Below are positions 49,863 to 63,100 of a stretch of DNA of 64,000 bases, piece after piece; the first letter of the stretch is position 1; every line of letters starts with the position of its first letter. The stretch covers positions 11,906,001-11,970,000 of the forward strand of contig NC_087251.1 of the NCBI RefSeq assembly GCF_037042905.1, in the 5' to 3' direction. The notes under the pieces were generated by a model. That model ran no database searches. It was not told the origin of the DNA and was given only the letters and a program-made list of their open reading frames with translations. The DNA comes from Lytechinus pictus (lineage: Eukaryota). Both the position numbers and the translations under genes were made by a program.

Positions 49863-52589
49863 TACTTCGGATCATCGCAAGTCCAGTTTCCAACAATCCC
49901 AATTCCTAGACTCATTGCAGGTCTCTTGATTGCTAAACCAAAATAAATAACCTCTGTGAAGTTACATGTTTCAAAGTGAAAACACGCAGTTTACTTTTGG
50001 TTGGTTAGTCTACTAACTATTGCTCTCCTATAGACCTCCCAGACATGCCGGCATCTATTACATAACACCCCCAGGCATGCAGCAGAGTGAAAGACTTGAA
50101 TCCCTTCTCTTTTCTGAGATAAGCCTTGATTTTCCTCATGATTTGTCAATGAAAGGTTGCTTTAATATCACTCTTGAAGGATAAAACACATGTATTGGAC
50201 TCTTCTGATAATTATATTGGAAGTGTATACATTGAGTCTTATCATTTTTAGTAGCTAATGCATCTAATTAGCCGAGGGCAGAATTTTAATGAAATACAAT
50301 GACAAGAAACATACCCAATATGGAAATTTTATGATGGTAAAACAATTAATTTTACATCAACATTACAGACTTATCCTGTTTCACAAACCATAATGTAAGC
50401 GGTAGAAGTAGCTAATAGACATTAAGTAATCTGGGTCTCGTGTGTAATGTGCAATACACTTTTCTGCAAAGGATGCAAGTCTGCAAGGGTGTATAGAGGA
50501 AATCATGAGGGTGTAAAAACATGTGGCTGATTTCTTTTAACTTTTCTGACAAGACCCCCCCCCCCAAAAAAAAAAGGTAGGGGTTTGATACTCAAATAGG
50601 AAGCAAATACTTCTTTAAAAATCTGACAAGCAAAGAGGGACATTTTCAAAAATGGGTGCATAAAGCACAATTGTAGCAAAGGGGGGGGGGGGGGTGATAT
50701 CTTAATTTATGCATTTTTGTAATGACCCCATATAATCTATATCTCTTTTTAGGTATGTGTTCCTGAACTAGACTAGTTGGTCCATTTGTTTTAATAGTAT
50801 GTGTGCACTTGGCTAGGAAAGTGACTTTTTTTAAGATGGTATTTCTTAAATATAGCCCTCATGGAAAAGATTATGATGAATTAAATTGAATGTAATTTTT
50901 CCGACAAAATGGTCTAAACTGTATAATTTACTTCAAGTTTAATGTGCAAGTGACATACAACCATATTTTCTTACTTTTCACAGGTGAAAATTTAGGGCTC
51001 ACAATTTGATCCTCCATACTCCATTTTGATCATCAGCATCAATGATGGTATACTCGTATGGTGTACACTCTCCTAAATATATTCTGTATTTTGAAGTGTT
51101 TGTGCTTTTCCATGACCTTTTACTTCCTTGAAGTGAGATTGAAGTACTAGTCTGTTTTACAGATCACAATTCAATTTGTATTTATGTCAATAGTCTCTGT
51201 AAATAAATGTCTATTGTGTGAATAGATAAAATATATTAAAGAAACGTTTAACTGCAGTTTGGATCAGAAACATTTGTATTTGATTTTTTTTAATGCAAGA
51301 AGGATTTACATGTACTTAAAGAATTATCCACATAATTCTACAAAAGTTATCAATTTTGAAATAGGGTTCTGGAACTATTGGTGATGAGTGTGGAGATTAT
51401 GATGGTGTGGTGTCAGAGATGCAGACAATGAAGATGGTCATGGTGAGGGTGGTGATGATGATAATGATGGCAGTGGTGGTGGTGGCAGTGACAGTAAATT
51501 GTACTGCAGGCACTTAACTCTTAGGTTTCAGACTTGCAGTTTTCATTATGGAAGATGTCGGACAGTTATGCCAAATAAAGTAGCATAAAATAAGCTCAAA
51601 TGTAATATTCAAAATTACTACAAAATTCTTTTTTTTAAATTATTATAGGGTGTGGTAGGGGAATCTTATTGAATCCTGCAAATATAAGGGACATGGAAGT
51701 ATTTGCTTAAACCATGTCACATGTACATGTATAATGCATTAAAAAGTTTAATCCCAAATGGCTGTAATACAGGACGTGGGGTTTTTTCAACAAAAAAGAT
51801 TGCATACCACCTCCAACTGGTCATAGAATCAATCACTAAGACTTCTGTTATTTAGATAGCAAGAAATACACTTTATTTACCTACAAATTGATTGTTGACA
51901 TTTTGCAAATGACAACATACTTCAGTTTGTTCTCACACAATTTAACTATTGTGCAAAGTGCCTTCAAAAGACAAAATCAGACATTTCCTAAAAATAACAT
52001 AAGTAACATAAAAAAAAGTATGCTCTGCATTTCAAAATGTACAAACTGGTGCATAATGTCAGACGAAAATCTAAGACTAAAATAAAAATCATTTCAGCAG
52101 AATTCATTTAAAAGGCTCCCAATACCAAACATAAATATAGGCCTTATCATGGAATAAACCACCCCTTTGTATACAGACACAGCTATGCATAGTTAATTAG
52201 TTCATGAATATGGCTTACATGCAATATACTGAAGAGAGGATATAAGGGGTGAATAGAGATAAAGCTACAATCTGGGCCCTGTTACATTAAGATTATTATA
52301 TGACATCTAGAAAAATCCTTGTCATTTGATTGGTTGTTTGATATCAATCACTCTGCCCATTTAAAAAAGACATCATCCATGCAATTTTGGATCCATTCAT
52401 CATGCAGTTTTGGATCAATACGATTTTATCCACTGGACGTGCACTGAGACCAACAGCGTTACACATAAAAACACTCATGTTTGCAGTGTGGGTGTTGTAT
52501 GCGACAATAACAGACCATGTTTCTACTGAATGCAATTTTATTCAAATTTATAAATGTCAAATGACAAGGATCTAATTTAGGTGTCATAT

Positions 52590-52760
52590 AAAACAAATAA
52601 TAAATGTTTTATTTGTGCAATGGACAGAATCCTCATTTGGTGAAAGATGAAATAAGTGATCCATTCAACTCGGCTACACCCCGTTGGTTGGATCGTTTCA
52701 TCTGTCACCTCATTAAGTTTTCTGTCCATTGCACTCGTAAACATTCATCATTGTATACTA
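52590..52760. mobile_element. Short hairpin MITE; truncated relative at about 58668-58780
   Basis: tgcaatggacagaa...gtgaaagatgaaa / tttcatctgtcac...ttctgtccattgca inverted arms; similar sequence at 58690-58775. Confidence 0.65.
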
Positions 52761-54105
52761 ATGGTAATTTTGTTATTTAAAAATGGTAACTCAGATGGAA
52801 TCTTTGATTTTGATTGGCTGTTGAGTACTTATTACCATGGTAGTTACCACTAGATAGTAAAGTTTCCATAATAGTAACTTTGTACAATTGGGAGTCATGG
52901 GAATAAGTTTATGGAAGAAATTGCCCACAGGTGATTTTGAATAAATAAATCAATGAAGGTATGATTTTTACTTTTACTGATTAAAATAAATTAATTTCAT
53001 GTTGTTAATGATCAGAATGGTGTCATCAACAATTTCCATTTAATAAACAAAAACAACCCCCAAAATGGGGAGAGGGGAACAAAATTACATAGGAAATTCA
53101 TAAAATATAATTTTTGCATAGAATAAATACCAAAAAAGCCAAGAGTGTCGAGACCAGACTTATTATCACAGCAAGCAGAGCATTTTTTCTGTGTTCAAAA
53201 ATTGTAAATTTTATCATTTGGCACAAATTTGAAGATAAATTGTTCTGAGTAAAATAAATGAATAAAGATCATAAATTAAGGTTCCCTTGGAAAGAATTCC
53301 CAATTAAAACATTGAAACATGAATTACAGGAAGCTTTTCATAAAAAAGTACCTGCTCATAAATTTCTTGTCCATTTCACCTTCAGATAAAGCAATGGTTT
53401 CAGCTAGTGCCATTTGCCTGAAACACTATCTATAAACACTCCATTTTTTATTGAATCCTTACCCAAAATTGGTTCAAGTTTCATGGAATTGGGAATTAAA
53501 TAAGGACTTGTACATAATCATATTGTAGTATGTTTATAGATGCCTATATAATCAAAAAGAAGGTGACAATAGCACATTCATTTGCACCACTGAAAAAAAA
53601 TTAATTCCCGTATATATGTTAAATAAGATATTTGCTTCAAAATTATCAAATGCTAGACATCTTGAAAGCTAGAAATCAATGAAAGAGTTGATCTCATTCA
53701 TCCAACAAATGGATTTCATAGCTTATACCGCTAGTTTGTATCTTGCTAATGGTGATAGCCAATATGAAGGAATTTTCACATGCAGTGAGAGTTGGTTCGA
53801 GTTTGAGTTTCATTAAGTTGAGCATTTCATATCAGTGTCATTAGCACAGATAAGCCTAGAGTAGACATCCAGACATCTGCATGTACCAATGCATCCACAA
53901 TATTAACCTGTTGAGTATTGGTGCCAAGTGGTCCCTATAGGAATTAAATATCCTGGCAGTTGAAGGGTTAATCTTTGGTTCCATAGTGAAAAAGATTGGT
54001 TGGTCCCATATCACTGTATTGACAGGAAACGTCATAAATTTCGCTCTCTTGAAAGTTGGTTGGTTCAAGTTGTTCAAGTTTAGTAGGGTTAGAGAATCTA
54101 TGTCC

Positions 54106-57100
54106 TCATATGTCAGCCTCACTTGCAAAAAGCATGACCAGTCCTGCATCCTCTGGTCCTACCGATGAATCCATTACATTAATCTTTGGTTTCATTGGCT
54201 TCAGGATCGCTGGAAGATCACGAATAACCTCCTTTCTCTTGAACTTCTGACTCATAGGTTCCTGAAAAATAATTAAAACATTTTTCTTTTTTAATTATTC
54301 CTATTCCAAAGATATCTCAAACTATGATCTATGGAAGCCGTAGGCCTACAATTGAATTGTGCTTAAAGTGCTTCATGGTATATGGGCTCCAGTACTTTAC
54401 ATAAGGTGACTTAACAAAACGATGCAATGTTATAGGGGAAAAGATGGTGAGAGGAAAGCTCCAACAGAAAGTTCCCCAAAAAAATTAACCGAAACTTAAA
54501 GATGGATAACTAAAAACAAACGAATTGAAATAGGTTACAAATCCATTTTTCTGGTATTCACAAAAGTTAATGAGCAGAGAAATATATTGAAAAATATAAA
54601 AAATTACAGAAAAAAAATTGTAAAGAAAAAAAATAAGCATGTTTTGATTAATGGAATTGTTAAAATAAATTCTTGGCTCTTGAAGTTTTCTAAAGATGCT
54701 GCATGTAAATCTTAATTCTATACAAGACAATTATTCTAGAGTGATGATCCTAGCATCATACCAAATATTGATTCTTAGAAGTAACCATCCAACAAATGAT
54801 CAAAGTCAGCGCATAAACTTAAAAGAAAGAGATAACATATGATTTCATTTTGAATTATTTCTAAGCACTACATACATTTCTAAAAAAAAAAAAAAAAACA
54901 AGTTTTAGTTAATACAGACATACAAAACATGTTATAACTGATTGACTTTCAAATTATATAATATTTAAAACAATTGCTGACAATACTTCAATTTACAGTC
55001 ATGATAACAAATTAAACACAACAATACTCCAGCCTATTTCACAAATACAGTAAATCAACACAAATATGATAAAATAATTATCTTGCCTTTTCTAGTAAAT
55101 TCCTATAAAATATTCAGGATGGTATCTGAAATTCAAACGTTCAAATTCTTGATCAGGTGTCGTTTATGAATTATATTGCATGTAGAGGCTTGTTGAACTT
55201 TTTTGGCAAAAATGAAGTACTTTTGACGGTGAAATGCCAAGACAACCACTGTCAATGAAAAGTTGAAGTAGGTATCTATCTTTACTGTATTAGATGATGT
55301 AATTGTGGTTTTGTTGGCATTGCATTGTTTATTGGGAAAAATCTATCTCTACTTTATTTTCACTTTCTCGTAGACCACAATGGTGCAGACAATGAGTGCT
55401 GACCTGAGCTCTCGAGTTAATTACTTTGATTATGAAGGTATACATGATATTCTGAATGTTGACCTGTTTTTGATGTTGCAAATGAGGATTTTCTTTTTCC
55501 TTCAATTTTTCAAAATGGAGAGATAAACATTTTATTTTACCCCAATAAAATCTTGGATGAAGCTCTTGAAGGCTTCTCTCTTCTTCCGTTCAGATGGCTT
55601 GGAGGCTGGGACCTTCTCATGGAACTTCTGTAACGCTGGTTGAGTGCAGTGAGGCAAACTCAACATAACTTCAGTCAAGATTGGATACTTCTCTCTCTGC
55701 AACAAACCAATAAATAATACACATGAGCCAGGGTCTCCAATTCATGATTTTTTTTAAAAGTAGTTATTCACAATTTATTTATTATCCATTCACTTTTCTA
55801 TCTGATATCTGTGGTAAAAATTGAGCATCCAACCTGGTACGAAATTGGTATCCATAAAAGTAGCAAGTGTAAGACTCGGGTCATTAACAGTTGAGTTATT
55901 CAGGATAAATGATATAAGGACAGTGCATGAACTTTGAGGGTAGCTGCCATGAATCAAAGTCTTCTGCACAAATGCATGACTTTACTCCCTAATGATTGTA
56001 CATTGATTGTTGGAAGATGCTGAAGAGGATCAACCGATGAGTTTTACTATTAACATGCAAAATATGCTTGTACTGAAATTACCAGAGAGGTATGAACGGA
56101 AAGATCTTTTCAATATTATTCAAAAAATAAACTGAATCCTCCTGTTTGAGATCACATAGTAATTCAATTACACAATCTAGCACACTGCAAGTAGGAATTT
56201 TAATGTGAACTAATCTACCGTAACATAACATATTGTAAATTTTTGCTACAGTAATTAACTTTTGAGTACACCATCTCATCCTGCTCTGTCCTGCCTCATT
56301 CCATGTCTATCTATAAAATCAGAAAGGGTCTTGGGAACAAAAAATGATCTAAGCTATCTCAAAAGACTGTTTGCACCTACCAATAGTTCGTAATGGTTCA
56401 TTGCTCTGTAGATGAGTTCTGCTCTACATGTGTCATGTTCACCATGTACTTGGAGACCTTTGAGGATAGATGTATAGAGATGGGTAACTGCTTCTGGTAT
56501 GAGTGGTCTGGTAGTAAGCTGGAGTGAACAAAAAAAAAAAACATTCATGGAGGGTTATAGTTTACAAGTTCAAAGCATCTCATTAGCTATGTTAGTTTGG
56601 TGTAATGTTCTTGTGTACTTGAACACCTCATCAAATAGATCAGTAGATATGGGTAACTGCTTCTGGTATGAGAGACCGGGGGCTGTTTCATTAAGTTGTT
56701 TGTAAGTTGAGAGTGACTTTAAGAACAACTGGTGATCCCTTCTTGTGGTAAATGAGTCTCCCAACGGGTTAAAGTCGCTCTTAACTTGCAATCAGCTTTA
56801 TAGAACACCCACCAGGTAGCTAACTGGAGTGGACAAAATAAATAATATTACACATTCAAATAATCCCAGAAATTATATCTTTGTCTAATGTCCAATTTAG
56901 AGACCCCTGGGAAAGATGTAAATGCATAGAGACATGCAGCCAGTTCTGGTAAAAGATGTCTTTTAGCTGCCTGGGGTGGACAGAATAAAAAATTATTCAA
57001 ATAAAGTTCATTAAAATATTCATGATATCATAGGATATCATGAGCTTTGTTAGTAAAGTGTTGTATTTTCAGTCTTTTTTTTCATGGATTGATTTCATTT

Positions 57101-60100
57101 CTGCATTAACCTGCATTAGATGTCAGTTTACAAGGTTTTTATACAAATGTAAAATAAAAAAATTAATGATATAGTCATAGTATAAGGACTGGATCAACAA
57201 TATGTATAAGTCACTTTGAAGGAATGCAGGAGACCACTATTGTGAACGATTAAGCTTGATAATGATATGGACACACCAGAATATCTGGAAAGTGTATTTG
57301 GAGACATCAGAGGATAATGGTCTGATAGCAAGCTGGAGTGAAGAAAGCCAATGAATATTCAATATTCAAAACAATCTTGAACCAAGTTTATATAGAATGG
57401 AGTATAATATGGTGCTCACCTCTTGTACAATGAGCCAGGAGAGACGACATGCCTTCATGCAAACACCACTATCAGGCCAAGACATCGCTGCATATATACA
57501 GGTTACTATGCTCTCACACAGCCTCTGCGATGAAACAAGGTATTTCATATTAATAAATAACATATTCATTCATTTTGCAGTAATTTCAATTCAAAATGCT
57601 CAATGTGCCTAAAAAAGAAAGGGGAAAAAGAATGTCTTTAGACAGGTATTAAATAAACTTGGGAATGTTTAGTTTTTTCAGACCAGCTGTTCATAATTTC
57701 TTTCTGTACAAGAACACCATTATTCAATTGATCTCTAAAAGTGATATCATTTTCAAATAATTGCCCAGGCTTTCACTAGTTATACTGTACTTCCCGAGAA
57801 TATTACACTATGAGGCTTCCAGAATATTACTTTTACTCATGTCATACTATTTCAGGTATCAGAATGAGCACCTATCAAAATCTATAAATGTAATCCAATA
57901 ACTTCATACTGAAAATGTACTTTTATATCCCACAATATATCATGAAAGTCTGCCATGCCTCATTTTGCAAGATGATTTTCCCAAGTTCACTGATGGTTGA
58001 AGGTTCTGACCGGCCACTGTTCCCTCCTCCACTATCACACTGTTCCATTGCTTCTTCAGTCTCCATATCAAGCTCTCCTCCTCCTCCTTCCTCCTTCTTA
58101 CCTGATGCTGTTCTATTGTTCCAACATAGATTACCTGACAAAACAAAACAAGTTTCATAATAATCATCAGGTTTAAGTTACTAAATCAGAAAGCATGCAC
58201 ATGCAGCTTGTCCTAAATAAGTATGTGATTTAACTCATAATGTGTATAAGTGAAATTTAGCACAGGGAAATACTCCTAAATTTTTCTGCGATATCCTAGC
58301 ATGATAAAGAATTAATCTTTACACATCAAATCATTACTTTAAAGCACCTAATATCAAGTGATGTTTCAAGAGATATCTAGTGCATGATATCTCAACCTAC
58401 CTAAAAGTTCCATGAATTCCTTGGTAACTGTTCTTATTAGATAATCATCTACAACCTCTTGTGTTTCTTGCTCATCACTTTGTTCCTCTGTCGCTTCACT
58501 GTGTGGAAATAAATCATAATACATTCCATTGCAGTTATCCAATCACACAACAAGATGGGGAAAAAATTCCAGGACACCCCAAAATGAGTGCAGTACGCAT
58601 GTAATTTCTCATACCTTCTGATCATAAAATTTCTCTTAAGAGCACTCCAAAAGAATTAGAAAATACAATATACAAATAATGAATGTTTATGAGTGCAATG
58701 GACAAAATACTTCATGAGGTGAAAGATGAAATGATCCATTTAACGAGGCATAGCCGAGTTGAATGGATCATTTTTCACCGAATTATCAAAACATTGATTG
58801 CCAGATTGATTTAATCAACCACAACTTTTTGTAAGATAGGATCAAAATCACCTTGGGCAAAAATTGTGAGCCTTACATCCCTAATTCTCTTACTGAAAAA
58901 ATGGGGTTGATATTGCTAAAAATAAATTATATGAGTCTAGGAAAAAAAAGAAGAATGGCGATGATTTTGCTTGAAACAGGAAAGAAATGGTATTTCCAAA
59001 ATTCCCACAGGAGTATGTGTTAGAAGTATTAGGGTTGCATAGGGCTGGAAACTTTCCGGAAATTTAGGAAAATTTCCATGGAAAGTTTCAGGAATTTTGG
59101 AATTTTCATTTATTTCACAAAGTGATAAATTCTGTTTTTAAATACAAAATTATAAATTGATATCCTCAAATATTATACTTTCCATTTGTATTTAAACTAT
59201 TCTTCATTCTTTAAATTGCCCAGGATATAAAATATTCATCAAACTGTACATAAATATATTATTATAGTACGTGTATATGTATCCAGCATTATGTACAAAA
59301 GGAAACTTTTCAATTCAACATGAAAAAAATAACACTTCGCATTACACTATTTTTCATTTTTCTTGAAATGTCAACGTTTTTTTTTATGTGAGAACCTGCC
59401 ATTATATAATAACATGTTAAGAGAACATTGCCCCCTACATGTAGTCTGCATGAATTGAATTTAATTGAATTTAATTGAAACTTTGATCCACAAGTGGGTC
59501 TTCACACAAGACTAGTACGAATACAACTTTCTGTTGAACAAAAGGACCTTCTGTACACAAGTCATTGGCAGAAACCTTAGGCTGCATATTCAGACCGCTT
59601 TCCTGGAGTGAAGGGTTTGCACTAGTAGTCTGCTGTGCAAAGCCTTCACTCGGGTTAACCCTAACTAGGCCAGGCTTTTTTGGCTGTTCTGTGGCCAAGG
59701 GGGGGGGGGGGGGGGGGGAGGGGGGTTCGAGCGCCGCAAAAATTTGCATGCTGATAGTGTGCGATGTAATCTACAAGGCTGTATGGTAAAATATTCCAAA
59801 ATAATGAGATTTTATTTCATATGAATTAATTATGCTAATTTATGCATAAATCATACTTTTTGCTCTAATTCACTAAATAAAGCTCCTAGAATGCTAATTT
59901 TTGGTAAAAATATTCTTTGTAACATTCTTAACAATCGCAATAGAAAAAAACTTCGGTTTGGGAATCAATTTCTTATGTATTTTATTGTTTTATGAATTTC
60001 TTATGTATTTCCATGTTTTTCAACCTTTTGTTTTTCTTTGTTTTTTTTCACCAGATTTATTGCACAACCTTTTTGAAGCATAATTATGCTAAAATCAATT

Positions 60101-63100
60101 GATTTCAGCTGTTCGAAGTAAAAATAATCATATCTTTATGAATAAGATGAGAAAACTCAATTTGCTTGACTTTGTACACAAAATCACATTTTGGAACAAT
60201 TTTTGGTCTGACATGCACTTACGAAATGTTGCGTAATTTCGGAACCGCGTACCCGGGCATCGTTAATTTGGTCTCAAAAGATGCGCGAGACTTAAAAGTA
60301 TTAACTCTGCGAGTGGCGCGGTCAAAAAAATTTCGTGCGGCGGAATGATCGCACAAAATGTTGAGGGGGGGTTGATTCAACCCCCCCCCCGGCCTGTTTA
60401 GGGTTAAGGGTCTGAATGTGCAGCCTAATCATGCCTGTGTACTGAAGGCCCTCTCACTCAGGAAACAGCAAGATTTTATGTGCTAGTCTTTGCATGGAGA
60501 CCCACTTGTAAATCAAAGTTTCAATCAGGGTCTGTGCCTGCAGACTAGGTTTGCATAGCAGACTAAAGCATTGGCTCGAGTCTTTAAATGGGAAAAATCA
60601 GGTTCAGGAACGAAAAAAGTTCTCACTTCTGCTATGCAGAAATAAATGAGAAATAAATGAGAAATAAAGTAATGATAACAAAATAACAATAATGATAATG
60701 CTAATAACAAAAGTATGTTATGATTATTATTAAAGGACAAGTCCACTCCAACAAAAAGTAGATTTAAATAAAAAGAGAAAAATCCAACAAGCATAACACT
60801 GAAAATTTCATCAAATTCGGATGTAAAATAAGAAAGAAATAAGGCATTTTAAAGTTTCGCTTTATTTCACAAAACAGTTATATGCACATCCTGTTCAGTA
60901 TGCAAATGAGGAGACTGATGACATCATCCACTCACTATTTCTTTTTTATTTTATTATATGAAATATGAAATATTCTAATTTTCTCCTCATTGTCAAGTGA
61001 AACAACTATAATTCTTCCCTGAACATGTGGAATTAGCATTGTTTAATACTTTATGGTTTAGTCAAGTTGGTCCTTATTGTCACATTTGTAAAAAATGAAA
61101 TATTGTATAATTCAAACAATAAAAAGCAAAAGAAATAGTGTGAGAGGGACATCATCAACTGTCTCATTTGCATGTCACTGAGTTGTGCATATCACTGTTT
61201 TGTGAAAAATAAGCGAAACTTTAAAATGTCATAACTTTCTTATTTTACATCCGATTTTGTTGAAAATTTCAGTGTTATGCTAGTTTGATTTGTCTCTATT
61301 TATTCAAATCAACATTTTCCTGTGGTGGACTTGACCTTTAATAATGATTCTCATCATCTGCAAAAGATCAGAATATCCAATAGGCATCATTCCACGAACA
61401 ATGTATATCCCTTGTGTAAAGCATTTGCAGTGTACATGTCCTGCCATCGCACGTACCATTCAGTCACTAATACAGTAAATCAACTTTTACATGAAATTCA
61501 TTGAAATTCTGCCTTGTCTGACTGTCTTAAAATAATATTTGGCTTTAAACTTGCTCACAAAAGCACAATCAAGCATCATCTGCCAGGGTAATCCTTTCAA
61601 TTCCTGTATATAATTATCAGAAAATTGCTACTTTTTGAAAATTCCCAACATTTCTTGAAAATTTCCAAAATTCCCAATAAATTCCTGTTTATTCCCATGG
61701 AAAGTTTCCACCGCGAAAATTCCCGGAATTTTGCAACCCTAAGAAGTATCAAGAAAAAATAGGAATATTTTTCGAAACAAGAGCTAAAAATGGACATAAT
61801 TCATATTCGTTCCTACAATTTCAAAATAGTAAGCCTTGACAAATCTGTATGAAATTGATGGTTCATAGACCAACCTTGATTCAGCCCTCTGCAAAATAAT
61901 GGCCCATTGATGATTCAGCCTGGGAACCATATATGAAGTTAGGCCAGTCATTACTGGGACCAGGACCGACTGCCAGCATTCCTTGGGACAGGATTGAACG
62001 AATGACTTGGTCACAACACGTAAGAAAGGAGCAATGGTTAAGGAATATAGATTCCAAAATATGAATATAGGTTTCAAAATATGAACATACTTTCAGAATA
62101 GGAATACTCTTTCATAGGTGAAAATATTTTCAAAATAGGAATATAGATCCAAAATATAAATACATTTTTAGAATAGGAGCATCCTTCCAAAATATGAGTA
62201 AGGTTCCAAACCAGGAAAACGATCCTAAAATATGAATAGAATATTCCAAAATAGGAATACAGCAATAATTTGATAAACAGTATACTACATTTCAGAGCTC
62301 TATACATAATGATATAAGTACTCAAATGTCAAGAAAGGATATGAATGATATGCCTGAGCCTATAGTCCGGTAAATGATGGAGGTTGGTGAAAATAGATTC
62401 TAGAAGTTGACTGGACAGACCATCAGCTGTAAAGAACTCATAACCAAGACTCTGGAAACAGTCTGAGAATAGGTGACATCTAAGGTACATACAAAGAGAA
62501 AACATTTTTTTTTTCAATTTTAATTCTGGACCCATATTAACATAGAATGATTCCTGGACTATAACAGCAAATAATTCTAGCATACTATAAAAAAACCTTT
62601 CCTTTTTCATAATAAGTGTGCATCATATCATTAATTGATAAAGGTCAGTTCCTTGGAGTAAATAACCATATTTTGATGAAAGTCTCTCTTTCTATTAATA
62701 AATCTCCCCAAAGTGTTGATCACTATTCCAGTTTATGACTATATTATATGAAAGTGCATGTTCTCAAACTGTTGTGGTGAATAGAATAGGAAATGAAAAT
62801 GTGTTTTCATGGACATATTTTACAACTTTGTAAGAAAATCACTCTGGTCAGGATTCTGAAAGAGAGAGAAAATTAAATACCCTCAATTGTAAATTCCAAA
62901 ATTCAAATTTCATCAAAGAATCGGCATATGAACAAATATTAATGGGTCACTACACTTCTTAAACATTAAAAAATCAAATGATATTCTAATATTATTCCCA
63001 TTTTTCATCTTTTACCAAAGCTTTAGACAGGCTTTCATGGACAACTACATATACATAAAAATAACCACAACCAAATGCACAGTGGGTTTAAGTTAATCCT

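Larger units (their letters stand above)
59030..61741. mobile_element. Non-autonomous hAT-like element hosting nested MITEs
   Basis: TIR TAGGGTTGCA / TGCAACCCTA; 8-bp TSD AGAAGTAT (59022-59029, 61742-61749); subterminal ggaaa/tttcc motifs at both ends. Confidence 0.85.

Noticed and set aside
54270..56370. Intronic snoRNA or miRNA in XPO5
   Set aside because: No convincing C/D or H/ACA box pair or precursor hairpin seen by eye; a covariance-model search would be needed.
59471..59789. Proline-rich ORFs
   Set aside because: They span the junction of nested MITEs and a poly-G run.
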